Source: Candidatus Latescibacterota bacterium
Lineage (GTDB): Bacteria > Latescibacterota > CBDEFO01
DNA length: 64,000 nt
Reading direction: 5' to 3'
Assembly: GCA_965237525.1 (NCBI GenBank)
Contig: CBDEFO010000007.1
Coordinates: forward strand, 640,001-704,000
The position numbers were made by a program, and so were the translations under genes. The notes under the pieces were generated by a model. The model was given only the letters and a program-made list of their open reading frames with translations. It was not told the DNA's origin and did not search any database. Shown here piece after piece: positions 11,457-20,713 of this stretch; the first letter of the stretch is position 1, and each line of letters opens with the position of its first letter.

Positions 11457-11518
11457 ACGTAATGGAAAAGTTGAAAACAGCGCGGCATCACATTTCGTGG
11501 CGAAAGTGTAGTCTTGTG

Positions 11519-11711
11519 TCTGCGGTCGAAGAACTATCCTTAAAGGACATAGTAGATGACCTTATGCACGGTATAAATATCCCTGTCTTATCCGATCTTC
11601 CCCACGGGTATTTTGCAAGTAGGGTCGTTCTTCCCATAGGCGTAAATGCCAGCATAGACGGGAATAGAGGTAAGTTGGCAATGACTGAGAAAGCAGTAGA
11701 TTAGGCAATTT
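11519..11711 (+). repeat. Diverged duplicate of the ldcA 3' end (~61 codons plus 7 nt past the stop)
   Basis: Colinear with 6603-6795. Translates VEELSLKDIVDDLMHGINIPVLSDLPHGYFASRVVLPIGVNASIDGNRGKLAMTEKAVD*. Confidence 0.95.
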
Positions 11712-11869
11712 AAACGAATCACTGCCGAGTTACGTGCAGTAATTTCAACTGAGGCAGAACCAGTTCTTTTAAGTGGACATATGGTCAGAAATCGGCGAAA
11801 TAGCCTGAATGTAGGTGCTCTATTATACAGATGTTTACATAAAACAATTATAGGAACTGGAAAAAATAC

Positions 11870-11898
11870 TTGACAAAAGCCCCTTGATTAACTACATT
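11870..11898 (+). promoter_or_regulatory. Sigma70-type promoter
   Basis: TTGACA-N17-TACATT preceded by an A-rich UP-like tract. Confidence 0.7.
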
Positions 11899-11904
11899 TA
11901 TTCG

Positions 11905-12021
11905 GAATAATGGTGTGAGACTAACTCCAGCGCCATAGTCCACCTTAGGTGCAAGTGTCCCATCTCCATTATTCAACAACACTGATAGCGTGCTAGTTTA
12001 GGCTGGCACGCTATTTTTTTT
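11905..12021 (+). ncRNA. Candidate stand-alone small RNA (~115 nt)
   Basis: Starts ~7 nt after the -10 box. Perfect 9-bp closing stem GAATAATGG/CCATTATTC, inner helices, then a terminator. No + strand gene downstream. Confidence 0.55.
11985..12021 (+). terminator. Rho-independent terminator
   Basis: 12-bp stem ATAGCGTGCTAG/CTGGCACGCTAT running into T8. Confidence 0.85.
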
Positions 12022-12183
12022 GATTGCAGTTTAAATGGACGTTCGCGACAACTCTGAACATCATTTGTAGTGTCTATGCTGTTTCCTTTATCTCTACCCA
12101 GGTGTAATCGCTGTACCTACTTTCCGCCGCTATGCCATATCTGCACTTCTGGGAATCTGCAAATTAGGGACTTTCTGCTATTT

Positions 12184-13305
12184 TCAGGGTTCAATCACGA
12201 CCTTTATCACACCCTCAGTGCCCGTTATCTTTATTCCTTCCTCTAAATCGTCCAATTTCATCTGATGCGTCACGAACTCATCTAAGGGGGCATCTGTCTT
12301 CTGGAGGAAGGACAGGGCTGTCTTAAACTGCATGGGAGGATATGCCCATACACCTAAGATGTCCACGTCTTTATTGCACACAACGTGAGGTCTTATTTCA
12401 ACTCCTCCGGGGTCTGTATAATGCCCCAACTCTATCAATTTACCCCCTCTTCTGACCATGTCCAGACCCTCTTTGAACGCTCCCGGAACACCCGCGCACT
12501 CTATCACGACATCTGCGCCTACTCCTTCTGTTAGTTCTTTCACAGCTTTCGTGCGCTCTTCTTCGGAAAGCTCTGCCGCGTTTATGGTGTAATCTGCGCC
12601 CATCTTCCTTGAAGCTTCCAATCTGTCCTCGCTGAAATCCAAAGCGATTATGTTTCCGGCCCCTGTGTGCTTCAGGACGGCCACAACCAGAAGCCCGATA
12701 GGTCCGACGCCTATCACAGAGGCACTTTTGCCTATGCCGTAACCCTCGCCTATATACGGAATACCAACAGGATACGCCCTCTCCACAGCCCTGGTCGCCA
12801 CGGCCGCAGGTTCGGTCAGTGCGGCGATATGATCGGGCATATCGTCAGGTATCTTAAATACATTTGATTTGGAATGCAGATACATAAACTCCGAAAATCC
12901 TCCACAAAGATGCGGCTCGCTTTCGCAGTTGGAAAAGCCATATATAGTCCTGTTGGGACACAGAAAGGGCTTGTGCGGTATATTAACGCAGAAATAGCAC
13001 TTTCCGCATCCTGTCGAACTGGGCGTCGTAGTTATCCGGTCGCCCTCTACTATCGGACCGCCTACGACAGTCATAAGGTCGTTTGCCTTTTCTCCCATCT
13101 TTTCGACTGTCCCTGTAAGCTCGTGTCCAGGAATAACCGGAAAGTTCAAAGACGAATGTCCCAGATACATGTGCTTATCGCTCCCGCATATTCCGACTCG
13201 GTCGATTCTCAAAAGTATGGAATTGGCCTTTATATCCGGCTTTTTGAAGTCCTGAATTTCAATATTTCCCGGCTCCACCATAACGGCTGCTCTTACGTTC
13301 GACAT
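12184..13305 (-). CDS. Zinc-dependent alcohol/sugar dehydrogenase (MDR family)
   Basis: GICGSD, GHE, CGKCYFC..C structural Zn site, GVGPIG NAD-binding motif. Confidence 0.92.
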   Translation of the reverse strand: MSNVRAAVMVEPGNIEIQDFKKPDIKANSILLRIDRVGICGSDKHMYLGHSSLNFPVIPGHELTGTVEKMGEKANDLMTVVGGPIVEGDRITTTPSSTGCGKCYFCVNIPHKPFLCPNRTIYGFSNCESEPHLCGGFSEFMYLHSKSNVFKIPDDMPDHIAALTEPAAVATRAVERAYPVGIPYIGEGYGIGKSASVIGVGPIGLLVVAVLKHTGAGNIIALDFSEDRLEASRKMGADYTINAAELSEEERTKAVKELTEGVGADVVIECAGVPGAFKEGLDMVRRGGKLIELGHYTDPGGVEIRPHVVCNKDVDILGVWAYPPMQFKTALSFLQKTDAPLDEFVTHQMKLDDLEEGIKITGTEGVIKVVIEP

Positions 13306-13318
13306 CTTGCAATCCTTT

Positions 13319-13882
13319 TTAAGGGTTCTGTCTTACTACATTCATTCTTTCTATCTTATCTATAACTTTGAAACAGTACTCCTTTGATGGACAGAGGAGC
13401 TTTCGCCAATCGGGGTCATCGTACATTTGCTTCAACCTATCTGCCTTGAAGAACTCTATCTTGGAAATCTCCTCGTTCTGAATTTCAAATCGGTCTATCT
13501 TCCAGTCAAGATTTAGAAAATAGACTTTTTGGAACTCCCTGTCCAATATTCCCTTGGACTCATCGTATTCCTGTACGCTGTGTTTCCACAGAAACGTCAG
13601 TTCCTCCGGGCCGACTTCCACTCCTAACTCCTCCTCTAACTCCCTTATAGCCGCGCTTTCGTAGTCCTCGCCCGCTTTCAGGTGTCCCGCTGAGGATACG
13701 TCCCACAGATTCGCGAACGTCTCTTTATCTGGAGATCTTTTCTGAAGGAGTATTTCTCCCTTATAGTTCAAAATCCATACATTGGCTACTCTATGCCACC
13801 TGCCATCATTATGGACGTGACTTTTTAATTTGATTTCGATAAGATTATCGTTTTCGTCTACTACGTCTACGTACTCGTCCAT
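13319..13882 (-). CDS. NUDIX hydrolase, IPP-isomerase-like
   Basis: AGHLKAGEDYESAAIRELEEELG Nudix box; N-terminal VDVVDEND...WHR..LLQKRS. Start MDEYVD at 13882. Confidence 0.88.
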   Translation of the reverse strand: MDEYVDVVDENDNLIEIKLKSHVHNDGRWHRVANVWILNYKGEILLQKRSPDKETFANLWDVSSAGHLKAGEDYESAAIRELEEELGVEVGPEELTFLWKHSVQEYDESKGILDREFQKVYFLNLDWKIDRFEIQNEEISKIEFFKADRLKQMYDDPDWRKLLCPSKEYCFKVIDKIERMNVVRQNP

Positions 13883-14104
13883 AATTATGCTTCGTTCATC
13901 CGTAAGGCAAAAAGCTACACCTACTTGTTCACGGACTAAGTTAAGCTCTATCAAGCGGGGAGTCAAGATCTTTTTGCGCTTCCTGTTTTTGTCTAACGAT
14001 TAATTATGCTTGACAGTCTTATGCTTGGTTAATTATCTTGGATGGTGAACCTATGTCAAATAGAACTTGGCAATGCTGAAAGGTTGAAAGAAAGGAGGGG
14101 TGTG

Positions 14105-17100
14105 ATGAGCTTCCGCGACTGAGCCAAAAATGCTTTCTTGCTGATAGCAGTTTTGTTGATCGCTATTCCTCGCCTCTCCTACAGCCGGACGATCACCGTA
14201 CCCCCATCGAGGTAGCCGATTATCCGACCATCGGTCAGGCTATGGCGACAGCTTTGTCGGGGGATACCATTCGGGTCAGCCCCGGGACGTATCGGGAGTC
14301 GGTGGGGTTGAAGTCGGGTGTGGTGGTGTTGGGAAATGGCTACGAGAATACCCGCATTGAGATAGACATTCTGGCCAATCCTGTGTACGCTGTGAACGTC
14401 TCGGATGCCAAGATCTCAGGCTTTACCCTCGCCTACACGGGCACCGAGATACCAGCTACGGTCTATGTCCAGTCCTCCCGGGTGACGATCTCCAATTGCC
14501 GGATTCTCAACACCACAGTTTCGGGGGTCTACGCTATAGAGGAATCCGAAGTGACTGTCGAAGGCTGTATTGTGGAACAGAACGAAGGCCACGGCGTTGT
14601 CATATCTGGCGGTTCGAAGGGGAGTATTCGGGACAGTCAGATCCAGGCTAACCGGTTGGATGGTCTCATCTTCGCCGGAGCGTCATTCGGGGACGTGATG
14701 GGGAATACCGTTACTGGAAACCGTGCTAACGGGATAGAGGTATATGGAGCAGGACCTGTGACGATTTCTGGCAACGTGACATCGGCTAACACCTATACTG
14801 GTATCCGGGCAGCGGACACCTCGCAAGTGGACATTCAGGGGAACACGGTAGTGGAGAATGGGACGTATGGGGTGTTGGTTCAGTCAGGGAGCGTGGCTAC
14901 TCTAGTGGACAATCTCGTGGAACGGAACATGGCTTCTGGCATCGTCATGACTGGTGGTTCACAGGGGAGTATCCGGAACAGTCAGATCCAGGACAACCAG
15001 GTAGATGGGCTTTTTTTCGGTGGAGCGTCGTTTGGAGAGGTAACGGGCAACACTGTGACCGGGAATGGAGCCAACGGGGTTGAGGTGATTGGAGCAGGTC
15101 CGGTGACGATGTTCGGCAACGTGACATCGGGCAACACCTACGCTGGTATCAGAGCGGCGGACACCTCGCAAGTGGACGTTCGGGGGAGCACCACAATTGA
15201 GAATGGGACGTATGGGGTGTTGGTTCAGTCAGGGAGCGTGGTCTCCATCGTGGACAATATTGTGGTCTGGAATTCGATTGGTGGTATCTACACGAAGGGT
15301 GGAGAGGCGGGGGATGGGATCATCTCGGAGATCGGTTACAACGATGTCTGGGACAACGGCGTCACGGTTCAAATGACCGGCAACTTATCCAACTACCAGG
15401 GTCTTCAGGCGCCAGCAGAGGACATGTCCGTCAACCCTTTCTTTTTAGACGATGCGGCAGGGGACTATCGCCTGCGGTCCAATTCGACCCTGATCGGTGC
15501 GGGAAGGGACGGAGGGACCGTCGGCGCACTGGGCATTGTGTCCCCTAAAGAGGAAAGTGCCGTCCCTTCACCGGTCTTCATCCGGGCGTTTCCTGACACT
15601 GCCTACTGGACGCTGCTGCAGGGACAGGCCTGGCTGAGCGTGGATATCTACATCATGGTGGGGAACCTCGTCAGCTTTATACCGGACGAAGTGGAAGTGA
15701 GGTTCTTCGGGGAGGACGGGGGTATCGTCGTGTCAGAACGCATCCCGGCCTCGGACTTCAGAGCGACATCTGCTGCAATCGAGACGGATGTGACGAACCT
15801 TTGGATGGTGTGGGATGCGACGCTGACAGAGCTGAAATCCCCAACGCCCCTGGAGGTTCCCCCAGGAGGACGGTCCATTTTTCTTCCCAAAGAGCACCCC
15901 TTTCCCCAGGCCGATCTCCCGGTGAGAGCTGAGTACGTAGTCCGGGGGCAGGAGGGGGGCAGAACCGTAGAACTGGTGCGCGAAGTCGTCCCTGAAATCT
16001 ACCGTCAGCGCACTGACCTTCGCTTCCCCATGCGCGGGGGTGGATGGCAGGTCATCGCTGGCCCCCCTCAGGACAATCACCGGCACCGTGCGACAACTTT
16101 CCGGCGCAGAACCCTGGCGATGCCCGGCCGCTACGCGATGGACATCTGGAGGAGCTACCGGGGGTACGGGGCTCCCATGTATGCACCGGGGGTCGGCCGT
16201 GTCGTCTTTGTGAGGAACGACGCAGATGAGCCGGCCTTCGGAGAGGAGATTCCCGGGGGTGAGTCCAACACCGTCGTGATCGACCACCAGAACTGCGAGT
16301 ACAGCTTTATGCTCCATCTTAAGAGGGGCTCGGTGGCGGTAGAGGTCGGACAGTGGGTGGAACAAGGCGATCTCATAGGGGCGCTGGGCAATTCGTTCGA
16401 CAGGTGGAACGTCCCCCACCTCCACTTTGAGGTCAGGGACAGCTACATTTGGCCGGGTGAGGGCCTTCCGGTGGCCTTCACCGGAGGAAGGATCCTGGGC
16501 ACGGAGATTCAGGACGGCATGCTATTCAGTGGGGCTTTCTTTGAGAAGGAATCCCTCGGGCCGGTTCTCCACGTGGCGGCAGACTGGAGTGCGGACTACA
16601 GGACCATTAGTGACGCGATGGCCGTGGCTGTCATGGGTGATACAGTGCGGGTAGCTCCGGGCACATATCGGGAGACTGTATGGTTGAAGTCCGGGGTGGT
16701 GGTGCTGGGAAGTGGCTACGAGGGTACCCGCATAGAGATAGACATTCTGGCCAACCCTGTATACGCCGTGAACGTCTCAGATGCCAAGATCTCCGGCTTT
16801 ACCCTCGCCTACACCGGCACGGAGTCACCGGTCACGGTCTTTGTCGACTCCTCCCAGGTGACGGTCGCCAACTGCCGGATTACCAACACCACGGTTTCAG
16901 GGGTCTACGCCGTGAATGGATCTAAAGTGACCGTCGAAGGGTGTCTTTTGGAACAGAATGAGGGTTTTGGTATTGCCATATATGGTGGTTTCGGAGGGGT
17001 ATATCTGGGACAATCAGATCCGGGATAACCGGTTGAATGGGGTTGTCTATGCCGAAGCGTCCTTTGGGGAGCTGATGGGGAACACTATCACCGGGAATAA

Positions 17101-18439
17101 GGCCAACGGACTGGTGATCGCTGGTTCCGGAGCGGTGACCGTTACCGGCAACGTGCTTGCGCGAAACAGCTGGGCGGGCATCATAAGTCTTACGGAGTCC
17201 GAATTGGAGGTTCGGGGAAACACGATCGTGGAGAACGGGACGTATGGGATTTTGGTTCTGTCGAGGAGTGTGGCTTCCATCGTAGACAATATCGCGGCCA
17301 GCAATCTGATCGGGATTTCCGTACAGGGCGGCGAAGAGGGAGATGGCGTTGTCTCGGAGATCGGGTACAATGATGTATGGAATAACCGTAGTGGAAACTA
17401 CTTAGGGTTTCCCTCTAGCCCTGAGTTGGATCTCTCCGTAGACCCACGATTCGTCGATGCGGAGGCCGGCGATTACCACTTATGGAGCGACTCTCCTTTA
17501 CTCGGAGCTGGGAAAGACGGAGGTACAATCGGAGCGTTCGGTATTCTGGAGGCCAGACGTCTGCTGGGAGACGTGACGGACAATGGTGTGGTAACAGCCT
17601 ACGATGCTGTCCATATTCTCCAGCACACAGTGGGACTGCAGGCGTTGACCGGTGAGGATTCTGTAGCTGCAGATGTGAGTGGTGACACCACTATCTCTGC
17701 GTACGATGCTTCGCTGGTGCTGCAATATGTAGTCGGGCAAATCTCTCGTCTCCCTGTGAGGGGAGGACAGACAGCAAAGGTAGCATATGCCACTCGGACG
17801 GTCTGGATGGGTGAGATGAAGGCGTTGTCGGATGGACGGCTGTGTCTGCCCATCTTGATAGACGAGATGGACGGTGTGGTCGCTGGAGAGATGAGGCTGT
17901 CCGTTGAGGGCAATGAAGGAAATGTGACGGTCAGAAGCACGGTCATCACTTCCGACTATCTGCTTGCCAGCAACGTCCAGAACGGTCGCATCAGAGCATC
18001 GTTCGCGGGAGCCGAGTCGAGTACCGGCCCCGGGCCGGTGCTGGAGGTTGTGTTCGCTGCATGGGACGCCGGACTCCTGGGTACCTTGAGGCTGGAGCGT
18101 GTGTCGCTGAACGAAGGGAGGATACCGGTAAGCATCCAGGGAGTCGCATCTGAGACACCCACAGTGTATCGGCTCAGTCAGAACTATCCAAATCCATTTA
18201 ATTCACAGACAGCGATCCATTATGACCTTCCCATACAAAGCCATGTCAACATATCTGTCTATAATATGATAGGACAGAAGGTTGCAATACTGTTGGATAA
18301 AGGGATAGAAGTAGGTACCTACTCTTTAATCTGGGATGGCAAAGATGACAACGGAGAGGACCTTGCCAGCGGAGTCTATCTGTATCGGATAGAAGCGGAT
18401 GGATTTGTGCAGACAAGGAAGCTGGTCTTGATGCGTTAG
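14105..18439 (+). pseudogene. Large secreted protein: two right-handed beta-helix blocks, M23 peptidase, dockerin, cohesin-like domain and C-terminal sorting domain; disrupted
   Basis: RBS AAGGAGG. The signal peptide contains TGA at codon 6 and a frameshift near 14205; a second frameshift lies near 16990. PbH1-type repeats; M23 motifs YAMD/MLHL/PHLHF; GDVTDNG..AYDA..DVSGD..SAYDAS dockerin; QNYPNPFN..SGVYLYRI..TRKLVLMR tail. Confidence 0.85.
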
Positions 18440-18472
18440 GCTTATTTCATAGTAGGAGATGAGGAGTGTAAA

Positions 18473-19348
18473 ATGAGCGGCATAGTCTCTACTTTCAAGA
18501 GAGGAGAAAACAAAATTGTAGTTTACAATATGGATTGTATTGAGGGGATGAGAAACAAGATAGAGAACGGTTCTGTAGATGTCGTTGTAACTTCCCCTCC
18601 GTATAACCTGGGCATCAGATATGAAAAGTACGATGATGCTGTGCCGAGGGAGAAATATCTAAGATGGATCGGAATCTGGGCTGGTGTCGTAAAGGAAATT
18701 CTGAGCGACAAAGGATCTTTGTTCCTGAATATCGGATCGAAGCCCACCGACCCTTGTGTTCCCTTTGAAGTCCTATCTCAGATGAGAAAGCACTTTTGCC
18801 TGCAAAATGTTGTTCACTGGATAAAATCTATCGCTATACAAAAAGAGGAAGTCGGCGACTACCCGGGGATCAGCAGCAATGTGTCTATCGGACACTATAA
18901 GCCTATAAATAGCAATAGATTTGTCAACGACTGCCACGAGTACATCTTTCACCTGACTAAAAATGGCGATGTAGAATTAGATAGATTATCTGTAGGAGTC
19001 GAGTACCAGGACAAATCCAATATTGGGCGGTGGGACTCTGCGAAGGAAGACAGAAGGTGCAGAGGCAACATCTGGTTTGTGTCCTATAAGACGATAAAGG
19101 ATAGAGCAAAGCAGAGGCCTCATCCGGCTACGTTCCCCCTAAAGATCCCTAAAATGTGTATTATGTTGCATGGGGTTGAGAGGACTCGCATTGTGGTCGA
19201 TCCTTTTGTCGGGATCGGTAATTCTGCGCTTGCGTGCGTAGAACTCGGTGTTGACTTTGTGGGATTTGAAATCGACCAGGCGTATTATGAAGAAACATGC
19301 ATGGCAATGGAGAATGTGACAGAGAATGCTCAATTATCGCAGTTGTGA
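18473..19348 (+). CDS. Beta-class amino (N4-C/N6-A) DNA methyltransferase, apparently orphan
   Basis: VTSPPY motif IV precedes HPATFP and DPFVGIG motif I; GFEID. Confidence 0.9.
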   Translation: MSGIVSTFKRGENKIVVYNMDCIEGMRNKIENGSVDVVVTSPPYNLGIRYEKYDDAVPREKYLRWIGIWAGVVKEILSDKGSLFLNIGSKPTDPCVPFEVLSQMRKHFCLQNVVHWIKSIAIQKEEVGDYPGISSNVSIGHYKPINSNRFVNDCHEYIFHLTKNGDVELDRLSVGVEYQDKSNIGRWDSAKEDRRCRGNIWFVSYKTIKDRAKQRPHPATFPLKIPKMCIMLHGVERTRIVVDPFVGIGNSALACVELGVDFVGFEIDQAYYEETCMAMENVTENAQLSQL

Positions 19349-19372
19349 ACTCAAGGAAAAAGGAGAGGTGCT

Positions 19373-20014
19373 ATGGATAAGATGAAAACTTTGCTATTTA
19401 CGGGTGGACAAATCCACGACTTTAAAGGATGTGGAGGGGCTATCGAGGAAGCGTTGAAAGAAGCTGGGCATTTCGACATCACCAAAGTGGAAGATGATAT
19501 GTCCGCGCTGGAAGCTCCCAATCTGGATCCGTACGACCTCATAGTCTTCTTTTACACTGTGGGGGAGATCTCCGATGCGCAGAAGAACGGTCTCTTAAAC
19601 TTCGTAGCCAGCGGGAAGGGATACGCCGGCGTCCACCCGGCGGGTGACTCATTCCGCGAGTGTCCGGAGTATCGGGCTATGGTCGGCGGTTACTTTGTCA
19701 CGCATCCCAAGTTTCGAGGGTATCAGGTGAGCGTGGTGGACACCGAGAATCCCATCACAGAGGGGTTGGACGAGTTCATGGTAGAAGATGAGCAGTATAT
19801 CTTAAGTTATGACTCGCGGGTGAACGTTCTCTGCTCCGCGCTCTGGGAGGGTAGGGCTGCGCCCGTCGCTTGGACCAAGGAATGGGGGAAAGGCCGCGTC
19901 TTTTACCTGGCTCTGGGACACAACCCCGATGCATGCCGACACGAGATGTTCAAGCTTCTGCTCCAGCGCGGGGCCCGCTGGGCGGGAACTGTACCTCCTG
20001 ATGACCCGGCGTAG
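19373..20014 (+). CDS. ThuA-like (class I glutamine amidotransferase-like) domain protein
   Basis: FVASGKGYAGVH, GGYFVTHP, DEQY, PVAWTKEWGKGRVFYLALGH. Confidence 0.88.
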   Translation: MDKMKTLLFTGGQIHDFKGCGGAIEEALKEAGHFDITKVEDDMSALEAPNLDPYDLIVFFYTVGEISDAQKNGLLNFVASGKGYAGVHPAGDSFRECPEYRAMVGGYFVTHPKFRGYQVSVVDTENPITEGLDEFMVEDEQYILSYDSRVNVLCSALWEGRAAPVAWTKEWGKGRVFYLALGHNPDACRHEMFKLLLQRGARWAGTVPPDDPA

Positions 20015-20058
20015 AACTGAATCAAAGGGTGATAAGAAGACACAAGGTGGGGACAGCC

Positions 20059-20154
20059 TTGAAATCCAAGGCGATGGTGTTAGAGGAGTTCAACCAGCCT
20101 CTGTCCTTGAAAATGGTCGAAAATCGAAAGACAGTTAAGGCTGTCTTTGTGTAA
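20059..20154 (+). pseudogene. Collapsed remnant of an MDR dehydrogenase gene (N- and C-terminus only)
   Basis: RBS AAGGTGG, TTG start, MKSKAMVLEEFNQPLSLK then MVENRKTVKAVFV*; these resemble the first and last segments of Zn-ADHs. Confidence 0.5.
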
Positions 20155-20174
20155 ATGGTAAATGTAAGCTCTTA

Positions 20175-20495
20175 TCATTTGTCATTGTCCTTATCCTCCT
20201 CATCTTTCACTACTTCGCCGGCGAATATCTCCTTTACAAGATGTATCCTTTTCAACTGCTGGGGAGTTATCTTGAAGCTCACAAGGCGCCTGCATTCGTC
20301 CACTGTATAAGCGGGCTCTGGCGCCACATCTTTGGTCTGATCCTCCCTTGCCACGATCCATATATGCTGCTTTAGGACCTTTGAGTAGACTTTTAATATC
20401 AGGCCCTTTTCCTCGATCTCTGAAAGATTCACATCAGAAGTCTCCACAACCTCAGCCGCTTGTTCATACGTTGCTTTCTCTATCTTTCCTTTCAC
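20175..20495 (-). CDS. Hypothetical protein (106 aa)
   Basis: Clean ORF with protein-like composition and a purine-rich upstream tract; family not confidently recognised. Confidence 0.65.
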   Translation of the reverse strand: MKGKIEKATYEQAAEVVETSDVNLSEIEEKGLILKVYSKVLKQHIWIVAREDQTKDVAPEPAYTVDECRRLVSFKITPQQLKRIHLVKEIFAGEVVKDEEDKDNDK

Positions 20496-20713
20496 AGGTG
20501 TCCTTCCAAGATGATGCTCAATTCAGGTTAAGAGATCTATACAAATGTTAATATACATAAAAGCAGGAAATAAGTCAACAAAGAGTCAATAGGGACCAAG
20601 TGCAAGCTACTTTTCAATAGGGCAAAATCGCTTGACTTTTTTACAAAAAGACCTTTTTATGAATAAGATATTTTGCAATCGGTCACTCATCTTGTTGAAG
20701 GGGATAAAAAGAG

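Noticed and set aside
11321..11704. 127-aa ORF in the ORF track
   Set aside because: Chance read-through from an alternative frame of the RND gene into the orphan ldcA tail; not a coherent gene.
2727..11711. Duplicated gene tails as DGR template/variable repeats
   Set aside because: Differences are not adenine-specific (many C/T and C/G third-position changes), and no reverse transcriptase is present in the window.
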